NCBI GenBank assembly: GCA_945859975.1
Contig: CAMAPH010000006.1
Span: forward strand, 1 to 64,000
Origin: Chthonomonas calidirosea
Lineage (GTDB): Bacteria; Armatimonadota; Fimbriimonadia; Fimbriimonadales; Fimbriimonadaceae
Direction of reading: 5' to 3'
Length of the DNA: 64,000 nt
Positions 29,600-40,068 of the stretch are shown here, piece by piece. Made by a program: the position numbers and the translations under genes. Below the pieces are notes generated by a model, which saw nothing but the letters and a program-made list of their open reading frames with translations, searched no databases and had not been told where the DNA came from. Positions within the stretch are counted from its first letter, which is position 1. Each line of letters opens with the position of its first letter.

Positions 29600-29815
29600 G
29601 GAGTGCTAGTTTTTCAGTCCCCACTTTAGGAGACTCGCATGAAGAAAGGAAAACGCTTCACAGAAGAACAGACCATCAAGGTGCTGCAGGAAATCGACGC
29701 TGGGGCAACTGTCGCTCCGATCGAGAGAGCCTTCATTGCCAACGGCCAATTCATTTGCCGATGGAAAAGTAAACTGGCATGGCCAAAGTGAGCTTGCCGA
29801 AATCAAGGCTTCAGC
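29600..29815 (+). pseudogene. Degenerate IS3-family transposase OrfA remnant
   Basis: AGGAG then ATG at 29639: MKKGKRFTEEQTIKVLQEIDAGATV...RWKSK, stop at 29791; SELAEIKA continues in another frame; no OrfB follows. Confidence 0.7.
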
Positions 29816-29938
29816 ATCAGAACTAGGCTGTGTTATGTGCCCTAAAGCTACCAGGTAGCATCGCAGGCGGGAGGCTCTTTAGGGTTGGTTGCAATGACGG
29901 GCTTCCATAGTTAAGAAGCCATCGTCTGAGGAGCAGAT

Positions 29939-30427
29939 TTGGAGTACAGAAAATTGGAACCAGAAACTAGCGATTCGATACTGTTCGAGATGTCAGAAAT
30001 CCATCTGCCTGTCTTTCGTATAGGTGGTTCGATTCGGTTCGATGAAACGATGGACGATCTTCGACTTATGAATGTGGCAGCGTTGCCTGCGACAGATGAA
30101 GGACCCGCTCGTTTGAAATACTACTACTGGGATGCCTCGGATCGCTGGTTCGAGGCGGTAAATATTGTTAAGATCAAACCAGCACCCCTTTGGATGAGGT
30201 TCCTAATCGGAAATAAAATAATGATTGCAAACTATCAATTGCAGTTGCTGGATGAACGTCCTCGAGAATGGAGGCGAGCATATAGTGACATGAGAGATTT
30301 GCTAGAGTTTTCGCAAGGCAACGCTAACGAAGCAAGAGCGAGTCTTCACAAATGCGATACGTCTTTAAAGTTAGTCATGTGGCTGAAGACCTACATCCCT
30401 TCAAAGTGGTCCTTCGAGGGATTATAA
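29939..30427 (+). CDS. Hypothetical protein, paralog B
   Basis: YQLQLLDERPREW.RAYS and ARASLHKCDTS shared with paralog A. Confidence 0.75.
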   Translation: MEYRKLEPETSDSILFEMSEIHLPVFRIGGSIRFDETMDDLRLMNVAALPATDEGPARLKYYYWDASDRWFEAVNIVKIKPAPLWMRFLIGNKIMIANYQLQLLDERPREWRRAYSDMRDLLEFSQGNANEARASLHKCDTSLKLVMWLKTYIPSKWSFEGL

Positions 30428-30516
30428 ACGACGAAATTCTGGCAGGACTGACCACATTGGATCGGCCGCTTTTTCCCTGATTTGCAATCGGTATCATTGA
30501 GTTTCATCGTTACCAA

Positions 30517-31005
30517 ATGGCAGCTGAGAAACATGTTCAACACGAGAAAATCCCTGAAATGATTCGACCAGAAGATCTCTCGCTCCCCGTAATCCGGATC
30601 GGGAACGGTGTTCGCTTGGACCAGGAGCAAGAAATGCTCAAGGTCATGAGCGACAGCGCTCTCGATGACAACGGTGCCGTTCCGCAGTATTTTTGGGACA
30701 GCACGGGCCAGTGGTACCGGGCGGTCAACATTCGTAAAGTCGGGCGACTCCCGATCTGGAACCGCCTCTTCACCCCGAAGCACTTGATGCTTGCCGAGTA
30801 TCAGCTCGTCAAACTCGATGGCCCACCAGCTCGATGGATCGGTGCCTTCAAGCAACTCGCCCGAGACTACATGGGCTGGGCGAGCGAAGACGTTTGGCAG
30901 GATTCCTCCGAACGCGCATCGCTGCGGAAGAGTACACATTCGGCGAAAGAGATGATTGAATGGATGGAGTTACACGCACAGCATTCGAAGTACTCAGACT
31001 TCTAG
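30517..31005 (+). CDS. Hypothetical protein, paralog C (more divergent)
   Basis: LPVIRIG, YFWDSTGQWYRAVNIRK, MLAEYQL, RASLRK. Confidence 0.72.
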   Translation: MAAEKHVQHEKIPEMIRPEDLSLPVIRIGNGVRLDQEQEMLKVMSDSALDDNGAVPQYFWDSTGQWYRAVNIRKVGRLPIWNRLFTPKHLMLAEYQLVKLDGPPARWIGAFKQLARDYMGWASEDVWQDSSERASLRKSTHSAKEMIEWMELHAQHSKYSDF

Positions 31006-31499
31006 CTGACGACTCGAAGCAATTTAGGCACATCCAAATCACAATCAACATCTCAAGATTCTGCAGATCTAACGTTCAGGTCTCGGCCAGATTGGTATCT
31101 CGTGAATTATATTTCAACATTCGCAATTAAATACTATTTGATGCGTAAATTCAGGTTTCCCTTTGGCTAGCGCAGTTGAGATTGTCACGGGATTGTTTAC
31201 TTTTCGCAGGTTTCCGAAGCGGGCCGGATCCCTCGAACTTGAAGTTGCTTTCCTATAGACTTTTCCTGACGTGTTCCGACTCGATTGAGCGACGATGAGC
31301 CGTGCTTGGCCACGAACTGCAAGCACATCCAATCGTGAGGCGCCTCACACGAAGCCGGTACCGGCGAAAATGGGACAGAGCCGAAAGAAAAAGTCAAAAA
31401 ACCTGGCAGAAAGTTTTGGGAACGTTCTTGTCCCGAGAGAAGTCCGCTATCCTGTTGGAGGTTGTGGGGTTCCTACGTCTGGGCCCTTTAGAGTTAATT

Positions 31500-34442
31500 A
31501 TGAAATCGAGCATTCGTTTCAAACTCACATTAATGAGCCGAACTGGGGCGCTTGCGCTTGCGGTAGTCGGCACGTTGATCGGAGCAAGCGGTTCGGCGTT
31601 CGCCGGCCAAGGTCAAATCATCACCGCAGGCAAATATGCCGGAGACGGCCGGGCGGACATCGCTCGCAAGGTCGCCCTGAAGAAGTATCCGAACGCGATC
31701 TCGCAAGAAGAGGCCGTTCTTTTCCTTCCGCAGATTTCTGTAAAGCTGAAAGCTAATGTCAACGTCGATCTGTTTGCGGCGTACTACGGCCTAACCGTCA
31801 GCCGCGTTTTTCCCGGAAACCAGGTTGTCCTCAACGCGCCTCAAAGCGCGATCCCGAGCATCCTGAAAGCGATGGCGAAGGACACCGCCGTCGAATTCGC
31901 GGTGCAGGAAACCAAGATTCCACGCGCGAAGCACGCGTTCACGCCGAACGATCCTTTCTATGCCTTTAACAACCCAGCTGGGTTCAAGGGCCAGTGGCAC
32001 CTGATTAACACGAACAACCACGGCGGCGCGAACATCGACGTCAAGGCTGGATCGGCCTGGAACATCGACATCACCGGACTCGGAGTCGTGATCGGCATCG
32101 TTGACGACGGCCTTGAGCGAACTCACGAGGATCTCGTGACCAACTACTCCGCTGCCGACTCATTCGACTTCGGCCAGAGCGATGGCGACCCAACCCCGGT
32201 CTACTCGGATGACGACCACGGAACCGCGGTCTCCGGCGTCATTGGCGCCCGAGGCGGAAACGGCATCGGCGTCACCGGAATCGCACCGTTCGCCACCCTG
32301 GCTGGTTTGCGCTGCGACTTTGTTTCCGGAACGACAACGATGTTCTCGTCGGCAACCAGTCACCGCTCAAGCGGGGCGAACAAGCAGATCAAGATTAAGA
32401 ACCACTCTTACGGCTACACCGCAAGTTTCATAAATGCCACGGCTGAAGCGGCTGCACTTGCAACTTCCTCCGCCGACGGCACGATCCACTGCTTCTCCGC
32501 AGGCAACTCCCGCGGTTCCACCATGCAGGACACCGCCCGGGCACAATTGCAGTCCGATCCGAATGCGATCGTTGTTGCAGCGTTGAACGATGGCGGAACT
32601 TTCACAAGCTACAGCAGCTTCGGTTCCTCGGTCTTCATCACCGCGCCTAGTTCAGACTCTACCGGCATCATGACGGTAGACCGAACCGGTGCTCCGGGCT
32701 ACAACCCATCATTCGATACGCTGCCGAACACGAACTACACCAGTGTCTTTGGTGGAACGTCTTCCTCCAGCCCCCTCGTCGCCGGTGTCCTCGGACTCGT
32801 CAAGCAAGTTCAGCCAGCGCTGAACCCTCGATTCGCAAAGCACCTATTGGCTCGCTTTAGCGATCAGGTCAACCCAACTGATAGCAGCTTCAGCAGCGAT
32901 GGCGGCTGGAAAACCAACGGCGCCGGCCTTAAGTTCAACCCGAACTACGGCTTTGGCAACATCAACGTCCAGAAACTCATCACCAACGCACCACTCTTTA
33001 CCGGAGTGACCGCGCTAGCTACCACAACCACTGGCGTCACGACGGTTAACGCCGCGATTCCAGATGCTACGGTGGACACCACCTCGCCCGGGATCGTCTC
33101 TCGCACTTTCAGCATCAACTCAACTGCGAAGCTTGAAGAAGTTCAGGTTTCGCTCAACCTCACGCACACCTTCCGAGGTGACGTTGAGGCGTACATTACG
33201 TCTCCAAGCGGTCTCAAGTCCCGACTCATTTCGCGAGTTGGAAGTGACGGCGCGGACAACCTCAGCTGGACATTTACTACAAACGCGTTCTGGGGAGAGA
33301 ACCCAGCCGGAACTTGGACCATCGAGCTTCGCGACTACTTCGTCGGAGACACCGGTACGTGGACCAACTATAACGTCACGATGCGACAAGGTGAGTTGAT
33401 TGCTGGCAACCCGGTAAACGATGCCCAGTTCATCAGCCAGAGCGTTCCTACCACGATGTACCTTGGACGACCGTACTCGGTCTCCGTGACCGTTCGAAAC
33501 AGCGGAACGACCACTTGGTCACAAGCCGACTTGTTCTCGCTCGTTTCCGAGAATCCTTTCAGCAACTCGAACTTCGGTACCAACCGACGCGACCTGAGCA
33601 CAGGTGAGACCGTTCCTCCAGGAGCGTCTCGAACCTTCACCTTCACGGCAACGGCTCCTGCCACCGCCGGAACCTACAACTTCCAATGGCGAATGCGCCG
33701 ACGATCGGCTCCCGTCGCTAGCTTCGGCGAATTCACGACTAACGTTCCGGTCAACGTCATCGACGGCAACAATGCCGGATTCTTCGAGCAGTCGATCCCA
33801 ACCATGATGGGCGCGGGAACGAAGTACGAAGTTCTGATTCGGTACTTCAACACCGGTTCGCGACCTTGGACATTCGACCTCTATCGATTGATCTCGCAGA
33901 ACCCGTACAACAACACAACCTGGGGCATCTCGAACGTTCAGATGGGTCCAACGGAAACGATCAATCCAGGCGGACTCAAGCAGTGGTACTTCAAGGTCCA
34001 AGCGCCAAGCACGCCCGGAACCTACAACATGCAGTGGAGAATGCGACGACTCGGAGTTGAGGACTTTGGTGACCTCACGCCAAACGTAGCCGTCGTTGTC
34101 CGAACCCCTAGAAACAGTTCGTTTGTCTCGCAAACGGCTCCAACCACGATGGTCAAGGGAACAACCCAGTCCGTCACGGTACGGATGCGAAACACCGGTG
34201 CGTTCACATGGGGAAGCGGTTACTCGCTCATCTCGCAGAACACCCTTGGCAACACGCGATGGGGAATCAAGAGCGTCCCTCTTGGCGCTGGAGAGACCAT
34301 TGCTCCTGACGCCGAGAAGACCTTCACCTTCAACATCACCGCACCGAACACGGCTGGAACCTACAACTTCCAGTGGCAGATGTACTCGGGCGGCACGTTC
34401 GGCGCAGCAAGCACGAACATTCCGATCGTCGTAACCAACTAA
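31500..34442 (+). CDS. Secreted S8 kexin-like serine protease with P-domain and three C-terminal Ig-like (NBR1/FW-type) repeats
   Basis: Signal peptide; IVDDG, DHGTAV, SAGNS, GGTSSSSP; P-domain LTHTFRGDV...FWGENPAGTW; three repeats of A/S.F..Q..PT.M...NxG..W...APxTxGTYNxQW. Confidence 0.88.
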   Translation: MKSSIRFKLTLMSRTGALALAVVGTLIGASGSAFAGQGQIITAGKYAGDGRADIARKVALKKYPNAISQEEAVLFLPQISVKLKANVNVDLFAAYYGLTVSRVFPGNQVVLNAPQSAIPSILKAMAKDTAVEFAVQETKIPRAKHAFTPNDPFYAFNNPAGFKGQWHLINTNNHGGANIDVKAGSAWNIDITGLGVVIGIVDDGLERTHEDLVTNYSAADSFDFGQSDGDPTPVYSDDDHGTAVSGVIGARGGNGIGVTGIAPFATLAGLRCDFVSGTTTMFSSATSHRSSGANKQIKIKNHSYGYTASFINATAEAAALATSSADGTIHCFSAGNSRGSTMQDTARAQLQSDPNAIVVAALNDGGTFTSYSSFGSSVFITAPSSDSTGIMTVDRTGAPGYNPSFDTLPNTNYTSVFGGTSSSSPLVAGVLGLVKQVQPALNPRFAKHLLARFSDQVNPTDSSFSSDGGWKTNGAGLKFNPNYGFGNINVQKLITNAPLFTGVTALATTTTGVTTVNAAIPDATVDTTSPGIVSRTFSINSTAKLEEVQVSLNLTHTFRGDVEAYITSPSGLKSRLISRVGSDGADNLSWTFTTNAFWGENPAGTWTIELRDYFVGDTGTWTNYNVTMRQGELIAGNPVNDAQFISQSVPTTMYLGRPYSVSVTVRNSGTTTWSQADLFSLVSENPFSNSNFGTNRRDLSTGETVPPGASRTFTFTATAPATAGTYNFQWRMRRRSAPVASFGEFTTNVPVNVIDGNNAGFFEQSIPTMMGAGTKYEVLIRYFNTGSRPWTFDLYRLISQNPYNNTTWGISNVQMGPTETINPGGLKQWYFKVQAPSTPGTYNMQWRMRRLGVEDFGDLTPNVAVVVRTPRNSSFVSQTAPTTMVKGTTQSVTVRMRNTGAFTWGSGYSLISQNTLGNTRWGIKSVPLGAGETIAPDAEKTFTFNITAPNTAGTYNFQWQMYSGGTFGAASTNIPIVVTN

Positions 34443-34455
34443 GGTAACTCTGCTC

Positions 34456-34495
34456 AGACGCCCAAGCCAGTCCTGGCTTGGGCGTCTCTTTTTTT
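34456..34495 (+). terminator. Intrinsic terminator after the S8 protease
   Basis: AGACGCCCAAGCCAG-tc-CTGGCTTGGGCGTCT followed by a T-run. Confidence 0.9.
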
Positions 34496-34574
34496 GTGCC
34501 GTCGGTATACTTCAGCTTCCGGGCGGAAGCCTTGAGTTTGGGTTGTCAACGAAGATTGACCCAGGAAAAAACGC

Positions 34575-36536
34575 ATGTCTGAACCATCAGCGAATCGCGC
34601 CTACTCGAAGCTAGATTTCCTCCGTTTAATGCTCCTAAGTCGAGAAGGCGATCGCCGTGAAGGCATTCTTCTCCGCCAAAGTAAGGGCTGGTTCCAGGTC
34701 AGCGGCATGGGTCATGAAGCCCTTGGCTCCGTTGCCTATTTGCTCCGAGAGGATGACTACATCTTCCCGTACTACCGCGACCGCGCCCTCATGCTGGCTC
34801 GAGGGCTCTCCAACTATGAGTTGGCGCTCGCGTACCTAGCAAAGGCCGAAAGTAGCTCTGGCGGACGGCAAATGCCCGGCCACTACTCCAGCCGCGCCCA
34901 TAACGTTTTTAGCGTCTGTACTCCCACCGGAGGCAGTTTGCTCCCCGCCTGCGGAACCGCCTGGGCCATGAAAATGGATGGTAAGGACAGCGTCTGCGTG
35001 GCCTCCGTTGGAGACGCGGCCGCCCGCCAGGGAGAGTTCTTCGAAGCCGTCGCCTTCGCGCTCCAAGAAAAGCTCCCCGTGGTTTTCGTCGTCGAGGACA
35101 ACAAGTACGGCATCTCCACGCCGACCGCCAAGTTCCTTCCCTTCCACCTAGAAATGCTCAGCGACGAGCATGTGGTCAAGGTCGATGCTCGACATCCTGA
35201 CCGTGTCTTGGACGCCTTTGGGCCAGCCATTGATCGTGCACGCCGAGGAGACGGTCCGACCGTTATCTGGGCCGATCTCGACCGACTTTCATCTCACACC
35301 TCCTCCGATGATCACCGCATCTATCGCGATCTCGCCGAGATCGAAGAGATGGCACTGCGTGACCCGATTCGTCTTCTTGCCGAGGAGCTCATCCAAGCCG
35401 GCGACCTCGACCAAGAAACGTGGCAAGCCATTCAGGATGAAGTGGTCGCAAGCGTCGACCAAGACTATCTTCGGGCCGAGAAGCAACCCGACCCGAGCGC
35501 GTCGACTGTGCTCGATCACAGCTACGGCACCGTGAATCCGAGCCCCGCTCCGCCGATTGAGCCGACCGATCGAACCACGATGGTCCAGGCAATGAACACC
35601 ACCTTCCGCGCTGCCCTAGAGGCCAATCGCAAAGTGGTTTTCTTTGGTCAGGACATTGAAGATCCGAAAGGTGGCGTATTCGGCCTGACCAAGGGCCTCA
35701 GCGAGTCGTTCCCGCATCAAGTTTTCAACTCCCCGCTCGCCGAAGCCACGATCATGGGCGTCGCGGTCGGAATGTCCGCCTACGGCTGGCTACCGGTCTT
35801 TGAACTCCAGTTTGTCGACTTCATGGCCCCTGGCTGGAACCAGATCACCACGAACATGAGCACCCTGCGCTGGCGCTCCAACGGGGACTGGAAGTGCCCG
35901 ATGGTGATCTACACGCCGTACGGCGCATACCTGCCTGGCGGCTCGCTCTGGCACAGCCAGGCGAATGAGAGCTACCTCTTGCACACACCGGGCCTAAAGG
36001 TCGCCGTTCCAAGCACCCCGCAGGATGCAGCTGGCCTCATCTGGTCTGCTATCCACGGCGACGATCCACACTTCGTCCTCATTCCGAAACACGTCTTCCG
36101 AAAGCCGGTGGCGATTAGCAGCGTGGAGGCAGTTCCGTTCGGCTCCGCTCGCATCGTGCGTGAAGGCACCGACGTAACGCTGGTCACTTTCGGCAACTGC
36201 GTTGAGCTCGCCGAAGAAGCCGCCGCAAAGTCGTCCGCGAGCATCGAAGTAATCGACCTTCGTAGCCTGCAGCCGATCGACTACGACACCATCACGAAGT
36301 CCGTTGAGAAAACCGGTCGCCTAGTGGTTCTCCACGAGGACAACATCACGTGCGGCGTGGGACAAGCCGTCATCGCGGAAATGACCCGGATTCCAGAGCG
36401 ATGGACTCTGTTCCTCTCACCACCACAGCTCGTGGCCCGACCGGATGTTCACATCGGCTACAACCCGATCTTTGAATACGCTGCCCTGCCGGATCTTGGC
36501 AACGTTCTGGAAGCGATCGCGACCGTAATGGAATAA
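34575..36536 (+). CDS. 2-oxoacid dehydrogenase E1, fused alpha/beta subunits
   Basis: GHEA, YYRDR, TPP motif GDAAARQGEF...DNKYGIS, SHTSSDD; beta part FGQDI, PLAEATI, EVIDLRSL. Confidence 0.9.
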   Translation: MSEPSANRAYSKLDFLRLMLLSREGDRREGILLRQSKGWFQVSGMGHEALGSVAYLLREDDYIFPYYRDRALMLARGLSNYELALAYLAKAESSSGGRQMPGHYSSRAHNVFSVCTPTGGSLLPACGTAWAMKMDGKDSVCVASVGDAAARQGEFFEAVAFALQEKLPVVFVVEDNKYGISTPTAKFLPFHLEMLSDEHVVKVDARHPDRVLDAFGPAIDRARRGDGPTVIWADLDRLSSHTSSDDHRIYRDLAEIEEMALRDPIRLLAEELIQAGDLDQETWQAIQDEVVASVDQDYLRAEKQPDPSASTVLDHSYGTVNPSPAPPIEPTDRTTMVQAMNTTFRAALEANRKVVFFGQDIEDPKGGVFGLTKGLSESFPHQVFNSPLAEATIMGVAVGMSAYGWLPVFELQFVDFMAPGWNQITTNMSTLRWRSNGDWKCPMVIYTPYGAYLPGGSLWHSQANESYLLHTPGLKVAVPSTPQDAAGLIWSAIHGDDPHFVLIPKHVFRKPVAISSVEAVPFGSARIVREGTDVTLVTFGNCVELAEEAAAKSSASIEVIDLRSLQPIDYDTITKSVEKTGRLVVLHEDNITCGVGQAVIAEMTRIPERWTLFLSPPQLVARPDVHIGYNPIFEYAALPDLGNVLEAIATVME

Positions 36537-36564
36537 GGGTGAGGTCCATTAGGACCTCACCCTT
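36535..36564. terminator. Hairpin between convergent E1 and sdhC genes
   Basis: AAGGGTGAGGTCC-atta-GGACCTCACCCTT perfect inverted repeat. Confidence 0.75.
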
Positions 36565-36576
36565 AAGAACGCGAGC

Positions 36577-37287
36577 TTAGAAGGACTGCGGGCGAACGAT
36601 CATCGCCTGAACGGATTCAGCCTTCTTGGCTTCTGGTTTGTGGATCAAGAAGCCAGCAAGCGCCGACCAGCCCATAAGGGTCAAGAGCACAAACGCGCCG
36701 AGCGAAAACTTCTGGACTCGGACCTGAGCCTTGTCCGAAATCGTGATGCCCCATCGGACGCAGAAGTTCCAGATTCCGTAAGCCAGGTGGTAGCTGGCCG
36801 TCAAGACCAGAACCAGATAGAAGATCATCCAAACGCCGCCGTAAGAAGTCAGTTTTTCCTGCCAAGCCGCGTACTTGATGATCTCAGGATCACCCGTCGC
36901 GTACTTCCGAACCGTCGTCATCGAGACGTGGATAATCAGCGCGAAGAACAGGTAGATGCCGCTCACCCGCTGTAACCAGTACATACGGTTCTCGGAGAAT
37001 CCGTACTTGGTGCCGATGAAGTTGCTCTGCGCGCGACCGGCGATAAACAGACCGTAAACGGCGTGAAAGATCAGCGGCAACCAAATCGCCACAACTTCCA
37101 AGGCAAGCAGAATGTGCTTTGGCATGCCTTCGAAGAAGCCAATCAGACCATCAAAAGCTGCGGGACCGGCCACGGAGAACGTGTTCAGCGTAAGGTGCTG
37201 AGCCATGTAGTAGCCAACCGGAACAATGCCGGTCAACGAATGTAACCGGTGTAACACGTAATTTTCTTTGTTGAGCGCCAGTGCCAT
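36577..37287 (-). CDS. sdhC: Succinate dehydrogenase cytochrome b558 subunit (5-TM type)
   Basis: RLHSLTGIVP, FHAVYG, LQRVSG, IIHV, YHLAYGIWNFCVRWGI. Confidence 0.85.
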   Translation of the reverse strand: MALALNKENYVLHRLHSLTGIVPVGYYMAQHLTLNTFSVAGPAAFDGLIGFFEGMPKHILLALEVVAIWLPLIFHAVYGLFIAGRAQSNFIGTKYGFSENRMYWLQRVSGIYLFFALIIHVSMTTVRKYATGDPEIIKYAAWQEKLTSYGGVWMIFYLVLVLTASYHLAYGIWNFCVRWGITISDKAQVRVQKFSLGAFVLLTLMGWSALAGFLIHKPEAKKAESVQAMIVRPQSF

Positions 37288-37296
37288 TTCGTATAG

Positions 37297-38667
<1,371 letters not shown>

Positions 38668-38770
38668 CGGCAGGGCGACTACCGTGGCTTTGAGTTTCCT
38701 GGCTTTCCAGCTACTCAAAGCCACGCAAGGCTACACAAAGCCATGCAAAGCGCCGCCCACAGCGCCCGCC

Positions 38771-39241
38771 TCAGGGCACTAACGCATGGAGAACGGTGAA
38801 GTACTCGGTCACCTGTTCGATGTGATACAGATCGTGCCCCAACAGGAACGTTGCCTGATCGCTGACTGTGATCACGCCTCGCTCCGAGTGGACCGCCGAC
38901 AGGCTCCACTTCTCCGCCGGGAGTTCTTCGAGGAAGTTGACCGTGTCTCGGCGGCGGTTGGCGAACACTTCCAACTCGTGATGCGGCTCTTTTGTTTCGT
39001 ACTTCTTCTCGATCGCTCGCGCGCCTTCGTCGTATGCCGGAAGGGTTGAACCCGGATGCTCGACCGTTTGCCGCAAACGATCCAGGAAGATGTCCTCCCA
39101 ATCCGCAATGTGCGCGATCACTTCAACCAGATTGAATCGGTCGGCTTGGAGTGCCTCCGAATACCTTTCTGGCGAGATTTGATCCAGCATTCGAACCAGA
39201 ATGGCGGGCGTGTGTCGAATCGAAAGCACGTACGGGTTCAT
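38771..39241 (-). CDS. DinB-family protein
   Basis: EVIAHIADWE...GHDLYH His triad pattern. Confidence 0.75.
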   Translation of the reverse strand: MNPYVLSIRHTPAILVRMLDQISPERYSEALQADRFNLVEVIAHIADWEDIFLDRLRQTVEHPGSTLPAYDEGARAIEKKYETKEPHHELEVFANRRRDTVNFLEELPAEKWSLSAVHSERGVITVSDQATFLLGHDLYHIEQVTEYFTVLHALVP

Positions 39242-39308
39242 TTCAAATTTAGCCTACCAATACTTTGTCCATTCGTAAAGGACAGGTAGGCTCGAAGCGT
39301 AGGACACG

Positions 39309-40034
39309 ATGGAGATGGAGTTCACGCGAAAAGGATTTTTAATCACCGCTGGTGCGGCCGGGGTCCAAATGGCCACTGCCGGACTCCCTGTCTCACTCAT
39401 CCAAAGTCAAGGAACAAAACGCATGGAACCCAAGCTCGTTAAAGTACCCACCGAAGCAGATATTGCCAAGGCTCTGAAAACCGACGGTCGCGGCATTAGC
39501 GCTGCCACCCACAAAGCGCACCTCACCCTCTGGCAGGGCTACGCAAACAAGACCAACGAGATCCGAAAGGCACTCGCCGAACTCGACACCGACCCAGCAA
39601 AGGGCAACCAGATCTACAGCGTCACCCGATCGCTCAAGGTCAACTATGCATTCGCCTACGGCGGATACATCAACCACAACGTCTACTTCGACACTCTAGG
39701 CGGCGAGGGCAAGATCGGCGGCGACATCGAAGCCCTGATCAAAGAAGCCTACGGCTCCGTCGAAAAGTGGAAAGCCGATTGGAAGATCACCGGAATCTCC
39801 TCCCGCGGTTGGGCCTACCTCGGCTACGACCAGGATGAGCAGCGCGTCTTCAACTACGCCGGCGACGCCCAAGACACCTTCCCAGCCTGGAACAACACCC
39901 TCGTCCTCGCTATGGACGTCTACGAGCACGCCTACTTCCTCGACTACCAAATCGCCCGAGCCAAGTACATCGACGCCTACTTCGAGCTGATCGATTGGGA
40001 CGCCGTCAACGCCCGACTCGCCAAGGGTCGCTGA
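39309..40034 (+). CDS. Fe/Mn superoxide dismutase with Tat-like leader
   Basis: HKAH, INHNVYF, GWAYL, MDVYEHAYF; N-terminal TRKGFL plus hydrophobic stretch. Confidence 0.85.
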   Translation: MEMEFTRKGFLITAGAAGVQMATAGLPVSLIQSQGTKRMEPKLVKVPTEADIAKALKTDGRGISAATHKAHLTLWQGYANKTNEIRKALAELDTDPAKGNQIYSVTRSLKVNYAFAYGGYINHNVYFDTLGGEGKIGGDIEALIKEAYGSVEKWKADWKITGISSRGWAYLGYDQDEQRVFNYAGDAQDTFPAWNNTLVLAMDVYEHAYFLDYQIARAKYIDAYFELIDWDAVNARLAKGR

Positions 40035-40068
40035 TATAGAAGCTCGCTCCTAGGACGAAGAAAGCGTT

